The position numbers and the translations under genes are program-made. From the NCBI GenBank assembly GCA_041396705.1, contig JAWKYB010000003.1:28985-92984 (forward strand): 64,000 nucleotides of DNA. Direction: 5' to 3'. A model generated the notes under the pieces. It did not search any database, was not told the DNA's origin, and saw only the letters and a program-made list of their open reading frames with translations. The DNA is from Alphaproteobacteria bacterium. Its GTDB lineage: Bacteria > Pseudomonadota > Alphaproteobacteria > CALKHQ01. Shown one piece after another: positions 9,435 through 19,796 of the stretch; the stretch's first letter is position 1, and each line of letters begins with the position of its first letter.

Positions 9435-10568
9435 GGGTGTTCCTTCCCTTTGGTGGCGGTGATAGTGCGTGTCGCGGCGACCGTCGCGGGGTCGAGCGCC
9501 GGGATCGGATTCGGCCGGCCGGCAAGCAGCGCGGCGACGTAGTCGGCCATGCCGGGCGCCGACTGGATGCCGTAGCCGCCCTGGCCGGCGAGCCAGAAGA
9601 AGCCGTCGACCGCGCCGTCCCAGCCGACCACCGGGTTGCCGTCGCCGACGAAGCTGCGCAGGCCGGCCCACTTGTGCAGCACGCGCCGGACGGCGATGTC
9701 GAGCGCATGCTCCAGCCGGTCGACCGCGACCGCCACGTCGATCTCGTCGGGCTGGGCGTCGCAGGGCTCGACCGGGGTCTGGTCGGCGGGCGAGACCAGC
9801 AGGTCGCCGACCTCGGCCCGGAAGTAGTAGGTTTCGGCCACGTCCGAGACCAGCGGCCAACGGCGCACGTCGTGGCCCGCGGGCGCCGGCACGATGACGG
9901 CGGTGCGGCGCTTCGGCTGCAGGCCGCGCGGGCGGGCGCCGGCCAGTGCGGCGACCCGGTCGGCCCAGGCGCCGGCGGCGTCGACCACGATGTCGGCGGC
10001 GAAATCGCCGGCGGGCGTCTCGATCCGCCAGCCATCGGCCCGCCGCGTCAGCGCGCGCACCCGGGCATCGGTGACGATCCGGCCGCCGAGGGCGCGGAAG
10101 CCGCGCAGATAGCCCTGGTGGATCGCCGCCACGTCCATCGCCATGGCGTCGTTCTCCATCGCCGCGCGGGTCAGCGCGGCGGGGCGCAGCAGCGGCACCA
10201 TGGCGCGCGCCGCCGCGACGCCGATCGCGCTGAGCATCGGATGGCGCGAAAGCTCGGCCTCCAGCAGCGCCTCGTCGCCGGGGGCGGCGACCAGCATCAC
10301 CGGCCGCGGCGTCAGCAGCGGCACCTCGGCGAAGCCCGGCGGCGGCGCCATGAAGAAGGCGCGGCTGGCGCCGGTCAGGGCATTGATCGGCTGCGGCCCG
10401 TAGGACTCCAGGTACATCGCCGCCGACCGACCGGTGGAGTGGTAGCCCGGCTGTGCTTCCGCCTCGACGATCGTGATCGCCGCCGTCGCCGCGGTCGGCC
10501 GCGATGCGCCACGCCGCGGACGCACCGGCGATGCCGCCGCCGACGACGGCGATCCGGGGGTCAGCCAT
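9431..10568 (-). CDS. FAD-dependent oxidoreductase (D-amino-acid oxidase/DAO family) with an apparent 1-nt frameshift near codon 25-30.
   Basis: Frame A from ATG 10568 gives MADPRIAVVGGGIAGASAAWRIAAD, a Rossmann FAD motif. The rest of the protein (ITIVEAEAQPGYHSTGRSAAMY...) is in another frame from about 10490. See findings. Confidence 0.7.
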
Positions 10569-10595
10569 GACGGGCGCCCGCGCCGCGATACACGT

Positions 10596-11234
10596 TCAAT
10601 CGCCGAGCCCCCTGGCCATCGCCTCGATCACGGTGACGGCCGAGGCGGCGCCGGGATCGACATGGCCGCGCGCCCGGTCGCCGAGCCGCATCGCGCGACC
10701 CTTGGTGGCAACCATTGCCTTGGTCGCTTCCGCGCCGCCGCGGGCGGCCTCCAGTGCGGCGGACAGGCCGGCGGCGAAGTCGCGGCCCGCCGCCTGGGCC
10801 TCGGCCATTGCCGCGGCCGCAGGCACCCAGGCGTCGATCATGGTCTTCTCGCCGACCTCGGCCTTGCCGCGGTCCTGGATGCCCTTGGCCATGGCCTGGA
10901 AGGCGGCCGCCATGTCGGCATCGTCGAGCGCCGGCTTGCCCTTGACCGCGGCACCGGCCCGCATGAACGCCGTGGCATAGAGCGGGCCGGAGGACGCGCC
11001 GACGGCGTTGAGGAACGACTTGGCGGCGGCATTGAGCACCGCGGTCGGCTCGCTGCCGGCCTCGAGCTTGCCCAGCGCCTCGCGCACCGCACCGAAACCG
11101 AGTGCCATGGCGATGCCATGGTCGGCGTCGCCGATCACGCCGTCGAGCTGGCACAGGCGCTCCTTGTCCGCCTCGATGGCGGTGGCGATCGCGTCGAACA
11201 TCGCGATCAGGCGGGCGGAGTCGTAGGTTGCCAT
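10596..11234 (-). CDS. dhaL: Dihydroxyacetone kinase ADP-binding subunit DhaL, 212 aa.
   Basis: Conserved DhaL motifs are present, for example DGVIGDADHGIAMALGF. Confidence 0.85.
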   Translation of the reverse strand: MATYDSARLIAMFDAIATAIEADKERLCQLDGVIGDADHGIAMALGFGAVREALGKLEAGSEPTAVLNAAAKSFLNAVGASSGPLYATAFMRAGAAVKGKPALDDADMAAAFQAMAKGIQDRGKAEVGEKTMIDAWVPAAAAMAEAQAAGRDFAAGLSAALEAARGGAEATKAMVATKGRAMRLGDRARGHVDPGAASAVTVIEAMARGLGD

Positions 11235-11248
11235 CCGGTCCCCCGCGG

Positions 11249-12259
11249 TCAGTTGGCGCGGAACATGGCGCAGTCGCAGGGATGGTCCAGCATCTGCTGC
11301 AGCTCGCCGTCAAGGTGGTGCAGCGTGATCGAGGCGCCGGCCATTTCCAGCGAGGTGCAGTAGGGCCCGACCCAGGTGGCGTAGACCTCGACGCCGATGT
11401 CGTCGAGCCGCTGCTTCACCCGCCGGTTCATGATGTAGAGCTCCATCAGCGAGGTGGAGCCGAGCGAGTTGACCAGCACCGCCACCCGGTCGCCGCGCGA
11501 CGGGCTCATCTCGCCGAGGATGGCGTCGAGCATGGTGTCGCTGATCGAATCGGCGCTGGTCAGCTTGCCGCGGGCGATGCCCGGCTCGCCGTGGATGCCC
11601 ATGCCGATCTCCATCTCGTCCGGGCCGATCTCGAAATTCGGCTTGCGGGTCTGCGGCAGCGAGCAGGGGCCGAGCGCGACGCCCATGGTGTAGGTCTGCG
11701 CATTGGCCTTGCGGGCGACGCGCTCGCATTCGTCGAAGTCCATCATCATGTCGCAGGCCGCACCGGCGGCCTTGAAGATGAAGAAGTTGCCGGCGACGCC
11801 GCGCCGGTCGGCGATGCGGTCGCGCGGGGCGGAGGCGACGTCGTCGGTCGACAGCACCGTGCGCACCGCGATGTCGTCCATCGCCGCCATCTCGGCGGCC
11901 ATGTCGAAGTTCATCACGTCGCCGGCGTAGTTGCCGTACATGAACAGCACGCCCGCACCGCCGCTGACCGCCTTGGCGCATTCGAGGATCGGGTCGGGCG
12001 GCGGCGACGCGAACACGTTGCCGATGGCGGCCGCATCGGCGAGACCGCGGCCGACATAGCCGAGGAAGGTCGGCTCGTGGCCGGACCCGCCGCCGATGAC
12101 CAGGCCGACCTTGCCCGGCCGCGGCCCGTCGACCGCGATCACCGAGCGCGGGCTGCCGTCGACCTGGCGCAGGTGGCGCGGATGGGCGGCGACGATGCCC
12201 TCCAGCATCTCCTCGATGACCCGGTCCGGGCCGTTCATGATTTTCTTGGTTTCAGCCAA
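11249..12259 (-). CDS. dhaK: Dihydroxyacetone kinase subunit DhaK, about 336 aa.
   Basis: KKIMNGPDRVIEEMLEGIVAAHP aligns with the E. coli DhaK N-terminus KKLINDVQDVLDEQLAGLAKAHP. The start is taken as a TTG preceded by GGGGGAGG. An alternative ATG lies at 12238. Confidence 0.8.
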   Translation of the reverse strand: MAETKKIMNGPDRVIEEMLEGIVAAHPRHLRQVDGSPRSVIAVDGPRPGKVGLVIGGGSGHEPTFLGYVGRGLADAAAIGNVFASPPPDPILECAKAVSGGAGVLFMYGNYAGDVMNFDMAAEMAAMDDIAVRTVLSTDDVASAPRDRIADRRGVAGNFFIFKAAGAACDMMMDFDECERVARKANAQTYTMGVALGPCSLPQTRKPNFEIGPDEMEIGMGIHGEPGIARGKLTSADSISDTMLDAILGEMSPSRGDRVAVLVNSLGSTSLMELYIMNRRVKQRLDDIGVEVYATWVGPYCTSLEMAGASITLHHLDGELQQMLDHPCDCAMFRAN

Positions 12260-12422
12260 ATGGTCCTCCCCCCGCCGCCGTGCGGCAGCCTTCGATCCGC
12301 GCTTGCGCCGGATGCGAAACATCGCCGATGCGCGCACGGATGTCATGCCCCAGTTCGCCAATCCGCGCGCGAATGCTAAACACACCGGGCGGCACCGGGC
12401 CGCGGCGCGAGGGCAAGGGGAC

Positions 12423-13934
12423 ATGGCGGACTATCTGCTGGGCATCGACAGCGGGCTGACCGTCACCAAGGCGGTGCTGTTCGACTCGGGCGGACGGGTC
12501 GTCGCCGTCGGCCGGCGCGCGGTGCCGCGCATCCAGCCACGTGCGCGCCATGTCGAGCGCGACATGGCCGCACTGTGGCGCGAATCCGCGGCGGCGATCC
12601 GCGATGCGATCGCCCAGGCCGGCGTGGCGCCGGGCGCGGTCGCCGCGATCGGCGTCACCGGCCATGGCGACGGCCTCTATCTGCTCGGCGACGATCTGGC
12701 GCCGCTGGGCAATGCCATCGTCTCGCTCGACACCCGCGCGGCCGAGGTGCTGGACGGCTGGCGGGCCGACGGCACCATGGCGGCGGCGCTGCGGGCGACC
12801 GGGCAGCAGCCCTATGCGGCGGCGCCGGCGGCGCTGCTGGCCTGGCTGCGGCGGCACGAGCCGGAGCGCTACGGCCGCATCCGCTGGGTGCTGTCGTGCA
12901 AGGATTGGCTGCGCTTCTGCCTGGCCGGTGCGATCGCGACCGACCTGACCGAAGCCAGCGTCTCGTTCACCGACTATCGCAGCCAGACTTACAGCGACGA
13001 GGCCTTCGCCCTGTACGGGCTGCCGGCGATGGCACGTGCGACGCCTGAGATGCTGGCGCCGGCGGCGGTCGCCGGGCAGGTGACGGCGGCCGCGGCGGCA
13101 ATGACGGGCCTTGCCGCAGGCACGCCGGTGGTCGCCGGCTTGCACGACGTCACCGCGTCGGCGATCGGCTCCGGTGTCGCCGAGACCGGCCGGCTGTCGA
13201 TCGTCGCCGGCACCTTCAGCATCAACCAGGTCTTCTCCGACCGGCCGCAGCCGTCGACGGAATGGTACTGCCGCAGCGGCTTTGCCCGCAGCCTGTGGCT
13301 GAACATGGCGATCTCGCCGGCCTCCAGCGCCAACATCGACTGGATGGTGCGGACGCTGTGCCCCGACGCGGTCGCGCGCGCCGCGGCGGAGGGCGGCACT
13401 GCCTTCGACCACCTGGAGCCGGAGATCGCGGCGGCATTCGCCGGCGACAGCACCGTCGTCTACCACCCGTTCCTCTATGGCTCGCCGCACGGCGACGACG
13501 CCACCGCCGGCTTTCTCGGCGTGCAGGGCTGGCACGACCGCGGCCACCTGATCCGGGCCCTGTACGAGGGCGTGGTGTTCAACCATCGCACCCATGTGGA
13601 TGCGCTGCGCAGCGCCTTTCCGATGACCTCGGCCCGGCTTTGCGGCGGCGGCGCGCGCAGCTCGCGGCTGTGCCAGCTGTTCGCCGACACGCTGGGACTC
13701 GACATCGAGGTGGTGGATGCGGAGGAGACCGGCGCGCTCGGCGCCGCGCTGTGCGCCGCCGTGGGCGTCGGGCGTTACGGGTCGCTGGCCGAGGCATCCG
13801 CGGCCGCGGTGAAGCTGCAGCGCCGCTACCGCAGCGACCCGGCGCGCGCGGCCGATCTGGACGCCCGCTATGCCCGCTATCGCGGCTCGATCGACGCCGT
13901 GGCGCCGATCTGGAAAAGCCTGCGCGGGCAATAG
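12423..13934 (+). CDS. FGGY-family carbohydrate (pentulose/polyol) kinase, 503 aa.
   Basis: MADYLLGIDSGLTVTKAVLFD is the typical FGGY N-terminus. The second domain carries GGGARS. The gene is divergent from dhaK. Confidence 0.8.
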   Translation: MADYLLGIDSGLTVTKAVLFDSGGRVVAVGRRAVPRIQPRARHVERDMAALWRESAAAIRDAIAQAGVAPGAVAAIGVTGHGDGLYLLGDDLAPLGNAIVSLDTRAAEVLDGWRADGTMAAALRATGQQPYAAAPAALLAWLRRHEPERYGRIRWVLSCKDWLRFCLAGAIATDLTEASVSFTDYRSQTYSDEAFALYGLPAMARATPEMLAPAAVAGQVTAAAAAMTGLAAGTPVVAGLHDVTASAIGSGVAETGRLSIVAGTFSINQVFSDRPQPSTEWYCRSGFARSLWLNMAISPASSANIDWMVRTLCPDAVARAAAEGGTAFDHLEPEIAAAFAGDSTVVYHPFLYGSPHGDDATAGFLGVQGWHDRGHLIRALYEGVVFNHRTHVDALRSAFPMTSARLCGGGARSSRLCQLFADTLGLDIEVVDAEETGALGAALCAAVGVGRYGSLAEASAAAVKLQRRYRSDPARAADLDARYARYRGSIDAVAPIWKSLRGQ

Positions 13935-13943
13935 GCGGTGGCC

Positions 13944-15674
13944 ATGCCGGAGACAGGCGAGACGGGCGCGGCCCGGCGGGCGCGGTTGCTGGCGGCGGCG
14001 CGGGCGCGCGGCCGCTTTCCTGTGGTGATCGTCGGCGCCGGCATCAATGGCCTCGGCACCTTTCGCGACCTCTGCCTGCAGGGAGTCGACTGCCTGATCG
14101 TCGACCGCGGCGACTATTGCTCCGGCACCAGCGCGGCGCCGTCGCGGATGATCCATGGCGGCCTGAAGTACCTGGAGACCGGCGAGTTCCGGCTGGTGGC
14201 GGAATCGGTGCGCGAGCGCAATCGGCTGCTGCGCAACGCCCCGCACCTGGTCCGGCCGCTGGAGATGGTGATCCCGCTGCCGCGTCGGTTCGGCGGCGAG
14301 CTGGCCTCGGCGCTGCGCTTCCTGGGGTTGAAGACGAAGATGCGCCGGCGCGGCAAGCTGATCATCGAGGCCGGGCTGACCGCCTACGACTTCTTCGGCC
14401 GCAAGACCCGGGTGATGCCGCCGCATCGCAGCATCTCGCGCGCCGAGCTCTATGCCACGCTGCCGGATCTGGCCGAGGGCATGATCGGCGGCAGCTCGTA
14501 TTTCGATGCCCAGATCGCGATTCCGGAGCGGCTGGGGGTGGAACTGGCGCTGGACGGGATGGCGGCCAATCCGGCCAGCGTCGCGCTGAACCACGTTGCA
14601 GTGGAGGGCCGCGACGGTACCGCATTGCGGCTGGTCGACCGGATCGGCGGCGACGCCTTCACCGTCCAACCCGACCTCGTGATCAACGCGGCCGGGCCGT
14701 GGATCGACCGCACCAACCGGGCGATGGCGGCCGAAAGCACCCTGATCGGCGGCACCAAGGGCTCGCACCTGCTGCTCGACCTGCCGGCGCTGCGCGACGA
14801 ACTCGGCGACCGCATGGTCTATTTCGATCCCGGCGACGGCCGGCTGCTGCTGGTCGCGCAGCTCGAGGGCCGGGTGCTGCTGGGGTCGACCGACATCCCG
14901 GCCGACGACCCGGACGCCGCGGTCTGCGGCGACGACGAAATCGACTACATGCTGGACGGGCTGCGCGCCGTGTTCCCGCGAATCGGCGCCACCCGTCGGC
15001 ACATCGTCTTCACCTATTGCGGGGTGCGCCCGCTGCCGCGCGGCGACAGCAGCGACCCCGGCGCGATCAGCCGCGACCATTCGATCGCGGTGGCCGAGCC
15101 AGCAGGCGACCGCAGCTTCCCGATCCTGTCGCTGGTCGGCGGCAAGTGGACCACGTTCCGCGCCTTCGCAGAACAGACCGCCGACATGGTCCTCGCGCGG
15201 CTCGGCGCCCCGCGGCGCACGGGCACCCTGGAGCTGGCCATCGGCGGCGGTCACGGGCTTTCCAACCGCGCCGAGGACTGGTCGCGGCTGCACGCCGAGG
15301 TCGCGGAGCGGCTGGGCGGAGACGGCACGCGCGCCTGGGCGCTGGTCCGGCGCTTCGGCGCGCGGTCGCTTGAGGCCGTGCCCTATTGCCGTGGAAGCGC
15401 CGACCCGTTGACCACGCTGCCCGGGATCGGCCGCGGCGAGATCGCGTTCATGGCGGAAACGGAGCAGGTCGAGCACATCGCCGACCTGGCGCTGCGGCGG
15501 ACGTCGATCGCGCTCGCCGGGCACTTGACAAGCGCGGCGGTGCGGGAACTCGCCGAAGTCGTCGGCGAGCTGCGCGGCTGGGACGCGGCGCGGCGGGACG
15601 CCGAGGCCGAGGGCCTGGCCGAGGCGATGCTGCGGCGTCACCGCATCGACATCGCGACCGGTCGGCTGGTATAG
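13944..15674 (+). CDS. glpD: FAD-dependent glycerol-3-phosphate dehydrogenase (GlpD/GlpA-like).
   Basis: FPVVIVGAGINGLGTFRDLCLQGVDCLIVDRGDYCSGTSAAPSRMIHGGLKYLE is the hallmark GlpD N-terminus. Confidence 0.85.
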   Translation: MPETGETGAARRARLLAAARARGRFPVVIVGAGINGLGTFRDLCLQGVDCLIVDRGDYCSGTSAAPSRMIHGGLKYLETGEFRLVAESVRERNRLLRNAPHLVRPLEMVIPLPRRFGGELASALRFLGLKTKMRRRGKLIIEAGLTAYDFFGRKTRVMPPHRSISRAELYATLPDLAEGMIGGSSYFDAQIAIPERLGVELALDGMAANPASVALNHVAVEGRDGTALRLVDRIGGDAFTVQPDLVINAAGPWIDRTNRAMAAESTLIGGTKGSHLLLDLPALRDELGDRMVYFDPGDGRLLLVAQLEGRVLLGSTDIPADDPDAAVCGDDEIDYMLDGLRAVFPRIGATRRHIVFTYCGVRPLPRGDSSDPGAISRDHSIAVAEPAGDRSFPILSLVGGKWTTFRAFAEQTADMVLARLGAPRRTGTLELAIGGGHGLSNRAEDWSRLHAEVAERLGGDGTRAWALVRRFGARSLEAVPYCRGSADPLTTLPGIGRGEIAFMAETEQVEHIADLALRRTSIALAGHLTSAAVRELAEVVGELRGWDAARRDAEAEGLAEAMLRRHRIDIATGRLV

Positions 15675-15686
15675 CGCGGCACACGA

Positions 15687-15703
15687 GCGCGGCCGGCCGC
15701 GCG
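15687..15703 (+). terminator. GC-rich perfect palindrome (CGCGGCCGGCCGCG) immediately after the glpD stop. It may be an attenuator or terminator hairpin. No U-tract follows.
   Basis: The palindrome is seen in the sequence. In a high-GC genome, absence of a T-run is common. Confidence 0.25.
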
Positions 15704-15763
15704 AAACTTGGCGAGTGGCGCAGGCGGCTGCGTCGCTCCGACATCCCAGGCAGGGAGGGCGAG

Positions 15764-16525
15764 GTGGACGGACGCTTCTGGGTCGGCACCAGCTGGAAGA
15801 TGAACAAGACGCTGGCCGAGGCCGAGGCCTTCGCCGATGCGCTGCTGCGCGCGCCGCGACCCGACGATCCGTCGCTGGTCCGCTTCGTGATCCCGCCGTT
15901 CACCGCGGTGCGCGAGGTCAAGCGCCGGCTGGCCGGCAGCGACGTGCTGGTCGGAGCCCAGACCATGCACTGGGACGACTCCGGTGCGTGGACCGGCGAG
16001 ATCTCGCCGGTGATGCTGCGCGACTGCGGCGCCGACCTGGTCGAACTCGGCCACAGCGAACGGCGCACCCACTTCGGCGAGACCGACGAAGCCATCGGGC
16101 GCAAGGTGGCCGCGGCCCTGCGCCACGGCCTGGTGCCGCTGGTCTGCATCGGCGAGACCGCGGCCGAGAAGGACCGGGGCGCGACGGCGTCCGTGCTGGA
16201 GCGCCAGGTGCACGGCGCGCTGGCCGGCGTGGACGCCCTGGCAGCAGGGACGGTGCTGCTGGCCTATGAACCGGTGTGGGCGATCGGCGCCGGCGGCGTG
16301 CCGGCGTCGCCCGACTACGCGCAGGCCCAGCACGCGCTGATCAGGCGGATCGCCGCCGAGGCGTGCGGTGCCGCGCTGCCGGTCCTCTACGGCGGCAGCG
16401 TCACCCTGGAGAATTGCGCCGCGCTGGCGGCACGGCCGGCGATCGACGGCCTGTTCGTCGGCCGCGCGGCCTGGGACGCGGAAGGCTATCTGGCGATCGT
16501 CGACCGGGCGGCCGCCGCGCGCTGA
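15764..16525 (+). CDS. tpiA: Triose-phosphate isomerase.
   Basis: A GTG start is preceded by GGGAGGG. FWVGTSWKMNKT aligns with E. coli LVMGNWKLNGSR. The motifs LGHSERR, CIGE and AYEPVWAIGAG are present. Confidence 0.85.
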   Translation: MDGRFWVGTSWKMNKTLAEAEAFADALLRAPRPDDPSLVRFVIPPFTAVREVKRRLAGSDVLVGAQTMHWDDSGAWTGEISPVMLRDCGADLVELGHSERRTHFGETDEAIGRKVAAALRHGLVPLVCIGETAAEKDRGATASVLERQVHGALAGVDALAAGTVLLAYEPVWAIGAGGVPASPDYAQAQHALIRRIAAEACGAALPVLYGGSVTLENCAALAARPAIDGLFVGRAAWDAEGYLAIVDRAAAAR

Positions 16526-16530
16526 ACGCC

Positions 16531-16560
16531 GGGCTGATGCGTCGGGCTGATGCGTCGGGC
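16531..16560. repeat. Tandem direct repeat, 13 bp x 2.3 (GGGCTGATGCGTC), filling the gap between the convergent tpiA and desulfhydrase stop codons.
   Basis: Seen directly in the sequence. Confidence 0.6.
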
Positions 16561-17556
16561 TCAGGCGGCGCCGAAGGCGGCGTGATAGACGAACAGCGCC
16601 GGCGTGCCGCCGGTGTGGACGAAGACGACGTTCTGGCCGCGGACGAATTCGCCGGCCCTGATCGCGGCGATCAGCCCGGCCATCGCCTTGCCGGTGTAGA
16701 CCGGATCGATGATCAGGCCTTCCAGCCGGGCGCACAGGCCCACCGCCTCGACCATTCCCTCGGTCGGCTGGCCGTAGGCGGGGCCGACGAAGCCGTCGCG
16801 CAGGTCGAGCAGGCCGTCGGCGATCGCCGCGCCGCGGCCGAGCCGGGCCGCGGCCTCGCGGGCGATCCGCATGACCTCCGGGCCAAGCTTGGCGGAGGGA
16901 TCGCCGACGCAGATTCCGACGACCGGCACCTCTCCGCCGATGCCGGCGAGCAGCCCGCCCTGGGTGCCGCCGCTGCCGGAGGCGTGGAACACCGCGTCGA
17001 CCTTCACGCCGCGGGCCTGGGCCTGATCCAGCAGCTCGCGCCCGGCCGCGGCATAGCCCAGCGCGCCGACCGCGTTCGAGCCGCCGATGGGAATGGCGTA
17101 GGGCCGTCCGCCGGCGTTGCGCAGTTCCACCGCCACCCGCGCGATCTGGGCGTCGGCATCGGTGTCGCCGGCGACCATGTGGACACGCGCGCCGGTCAGC
17201 CGGTCGAGCAGGATGTTGCCGGAGTGCATGTAGAGGTCGCGGTCGGCATAGGCGACCTTGTCCTGCAGCACCAGGTGGCAGGCGAGCCCGTGGCGGGCGG
17301 CCGCGGCCGCGGTCTGCCGGCAGTGGTTCGACTGCGGCGCGCCGGCGGTGATCAGCGCGTCGGCCCCTTCCGCCTGCGCCGCGCCGACCAGGAACTCCAG
17401 CTTGCGCGCCTTGTTGCCGCCGAGCGCCAGACCGGTGGCATCGTCGCGCTTGACCCAGATCGACGGCCCGCCGAGATGGGCGCTGAGCCGCGGCAGCGGC
17501 TCCAGCGGGGTCGGCAGGTGGCAGAAGCGGCTGCGGGGAAACTGGTCGAAGTTCAT
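16561..17556 (-). CDS. PLP-dependent D-cysteine desulfhydrase / ACC-deaminase family protein, 331 aa.
   Basis: MNFDQFPRSRFCHLPTPLEPLPRLS...KRDDATGLALGGNKARKLEFL is the family signature. Confidence 0.8.
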   Translation of the reverse strand: MNFDQFPRSRFCHLPTPLEPLPRLSAHLGGPSIWVKRDDATGLALGGNKARKLEFLVGAAQAEGADALITAGAPQSNHCRQTAAAAARHGLACHLVLQDKVAYADRDLYMHSGNILLDRLTGARVHMVAGDTDADAQIARVAVELRNAGGRPYAIPIGGSNAVGALGYAAAGRELLDQAQARGVKVDAVFHASGSGGTQGGLLAGIGGEVPVVGICVGDPSAKLGPEVMRIAREAAARLGRGAAIADGLLDLRDGFVGPAYGQPTEGMVEAVGLCARLEGLIIDPVYTGKAMAGLIAAIRAGEFVRGQNVVFVHTGGTPALFVYHAAFGAA

Positions 17557-17579
17557 GGCGGGCTCCCGTGGGATGGCCG

Positions 17580-18359
<780 letters not shown>

Positions 18360-18401
18360 GTCGGCAAGCTCAATGTTTTCTGTCTTTACAGGATGTTACG
18401 G

Positions 18402-19070
18402 TCAGTACTTGAGATACGCATAGCGCCGCTCCAGCCGTCCGCCCAGCCACGACACGGCATAGCAGATCGCGAAATAGACCACGGCGGCGATCAGATAGAA
18501 CGGGATCGGCTTGTAGGTGCGGCCGATGATCTGCTGGGTGGCGAGCAGCAGCTCGACCACGCCGATCACCGACAGCAGCGACGACGCCTTGATGATCTCG
18601 ACCGCCGTGTTGACCCAGGGCGGCAGGATGCGGCGGGCGGCCTGGGGCAGCACGACGTACCAGACCCGCTGCCAGAAGCCGAGGCCGATCGACTTGGCCG
18701 CCTCGGTCTGGCCGACGGGGATCGAGGCGATGGCCCCGCGCGCCAGCTCGGCGATGTGCGCGGTGCAGAAGCCGGCGAGGGCGACCGCACCGGCCTCGAA
18801 CGCGGCGATGTCGAGGCCGACCAGGCCGAGGCCGTAGAAGCTGAAGAACACCAGCACCAGCACCGGGATGCCGCGCATCACGTCGACATAGGCCCGCGCC
18901 GGTATCCGGACCGCCAGGTTGCCGTAAGCCAGCGCTAGGCCCAGCAGCAGGCCCAGCACCGTACCGATCGCGATCGCGATGGCAGAGACCAGCGCCGTGT
19001 TGGCCAGCCCGTCCAGCATGGCGAACCGCGCCACCCACAGCTGCTCCCAGAAGCCCGGTTGTCCGCCCAC
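18402..19070 (-). CDS. Amino-acid ABC transporter permease (His/Glu/Gln/Arg/opine family).
   Basis: Multi-TM protein with the EAA-like loop ELARGAIASIPVGQTEAAKSIG. Confidence 0.8.
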   Translation of the reverse strand: MGGQPGFWEQLWVARFAMLDGLANTALVSAIAIAIGTVLGLLLGLALAYGNLAVRIPARAYVDVMRGIPVLVLVFFSFYGLGLVGLDIAAFEAGAVALAGFCTAHIAELARGAIASIPVGQTEAAKSIGLGFWQRVWYVVLPQAARRILPPWVNTAVEIIKASSLLSVIGVVELLLATQQIIGRTYKPIPFYLIAAVVYFAICYAVSWLGGRLERRYAYLKY

Positions 19071-19079
19071 CGCCGGCCC

Positions 19080-19745
19080 CTAGCGGATGCTTGCATAGCG
19101 CCGCTCGACCTGGCGCAGCATGAGGGCGATGGCGTAGCAGACGGCGAGATACAGCGCGCTCGCCACCGTCCAGGTCTCGATCACGCGAAAGGTGTTCACG
19201 TTGATCTGGCGCGCCTCGAAGGTCAGCTCCGGCACCGCGATCGCGGCGGCCAGCGAGGTGTCCTTGAACAGCGAGATGAAGTTCGACGACAGCGCCGGCA
19301 GTGTGATGCGGAACATCACCGGCAGCACGACATAGCGCTGGCGCTGCAGCGGCATCAGGCCGATCGCCTTGCCGGCCTCGACATATTGCGTCGGGATCGA
19401 ACCGAGGCCGGCACGGAACACCTCGGTCAGATAGGCGCCGGCATAGAGCGCCAGCGTCAGCATGAACGAATCGTACTTGTCGAGAAAACGGATGCCGATC
19501 TCCGGCAGGCCGAAATAGACGAAGAAGATCAGCAGCAGGATCGGCACGTTGCGGATCGCCTCGACATAGGCGGCGACCGCCCAGCGCAACGGCGCGATCT
19601 GCGAGGTGCGGCCATAGGCGCAGGCCAGCCCGATGACCGCACCGACCAGCAGCGAGATCACCGCCATCAGCAGGCCGAGGCCGAGGCCGCCCAGCAGATT
19701 GTCGAATTCCCGCCAGACGGGATCGAAGTTGAAGTGATAGTCCAC
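19080..19745 (-). CDS. Amino-acid ABC transporter permease, second subunit.
   Basis: TM protein with loop EVFRAGLGSIPTQYVEAGKAIG. Confidence 0.8.
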   Translation of the reverse strand: MDYHFNFDPVWREFDNLLGGLGLGLLMAVISLLVGAVIGLACAYGRTSQIAPLRWAVAAYVEAIRNVPILLLIFFVYFGLPEIGIRFLDKYDSFMLTLALYAGAYLTEVFRAGLGSIPTQYVEAGKAIGLMPLQRQRYVVLPVMFRITLPALSSNFISLFKDTSLAAAIAVPELTFEARQINVNTFRVIETWTVASALYLAVCYAIALMLRQVERRYASIR

Positions 19746-19796
19746 GCCGTGCGCAGGCGGCGGCCGGGCGCGCGGACCGCCCGGCCGCGCAGCTCG

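Noticed and set aside
12252-15641. 1129 aa minus-strand ORF and 703 aa plus-strand ORF (13262-15373) overlapping the FGGY kinase and glpD
   Set aside because: No start context. Compositions are dominated by R, A, G and P. Real genes with strong family matches occupy the other frames.
15386-15763. N-terminal 126 aa extension of the tpiA ORF
   Set aside because: TIM alignment places the start at the GTG 15764 with an RBS. The upstream extension overlaps glpD's 3' end and is Arg-rich.
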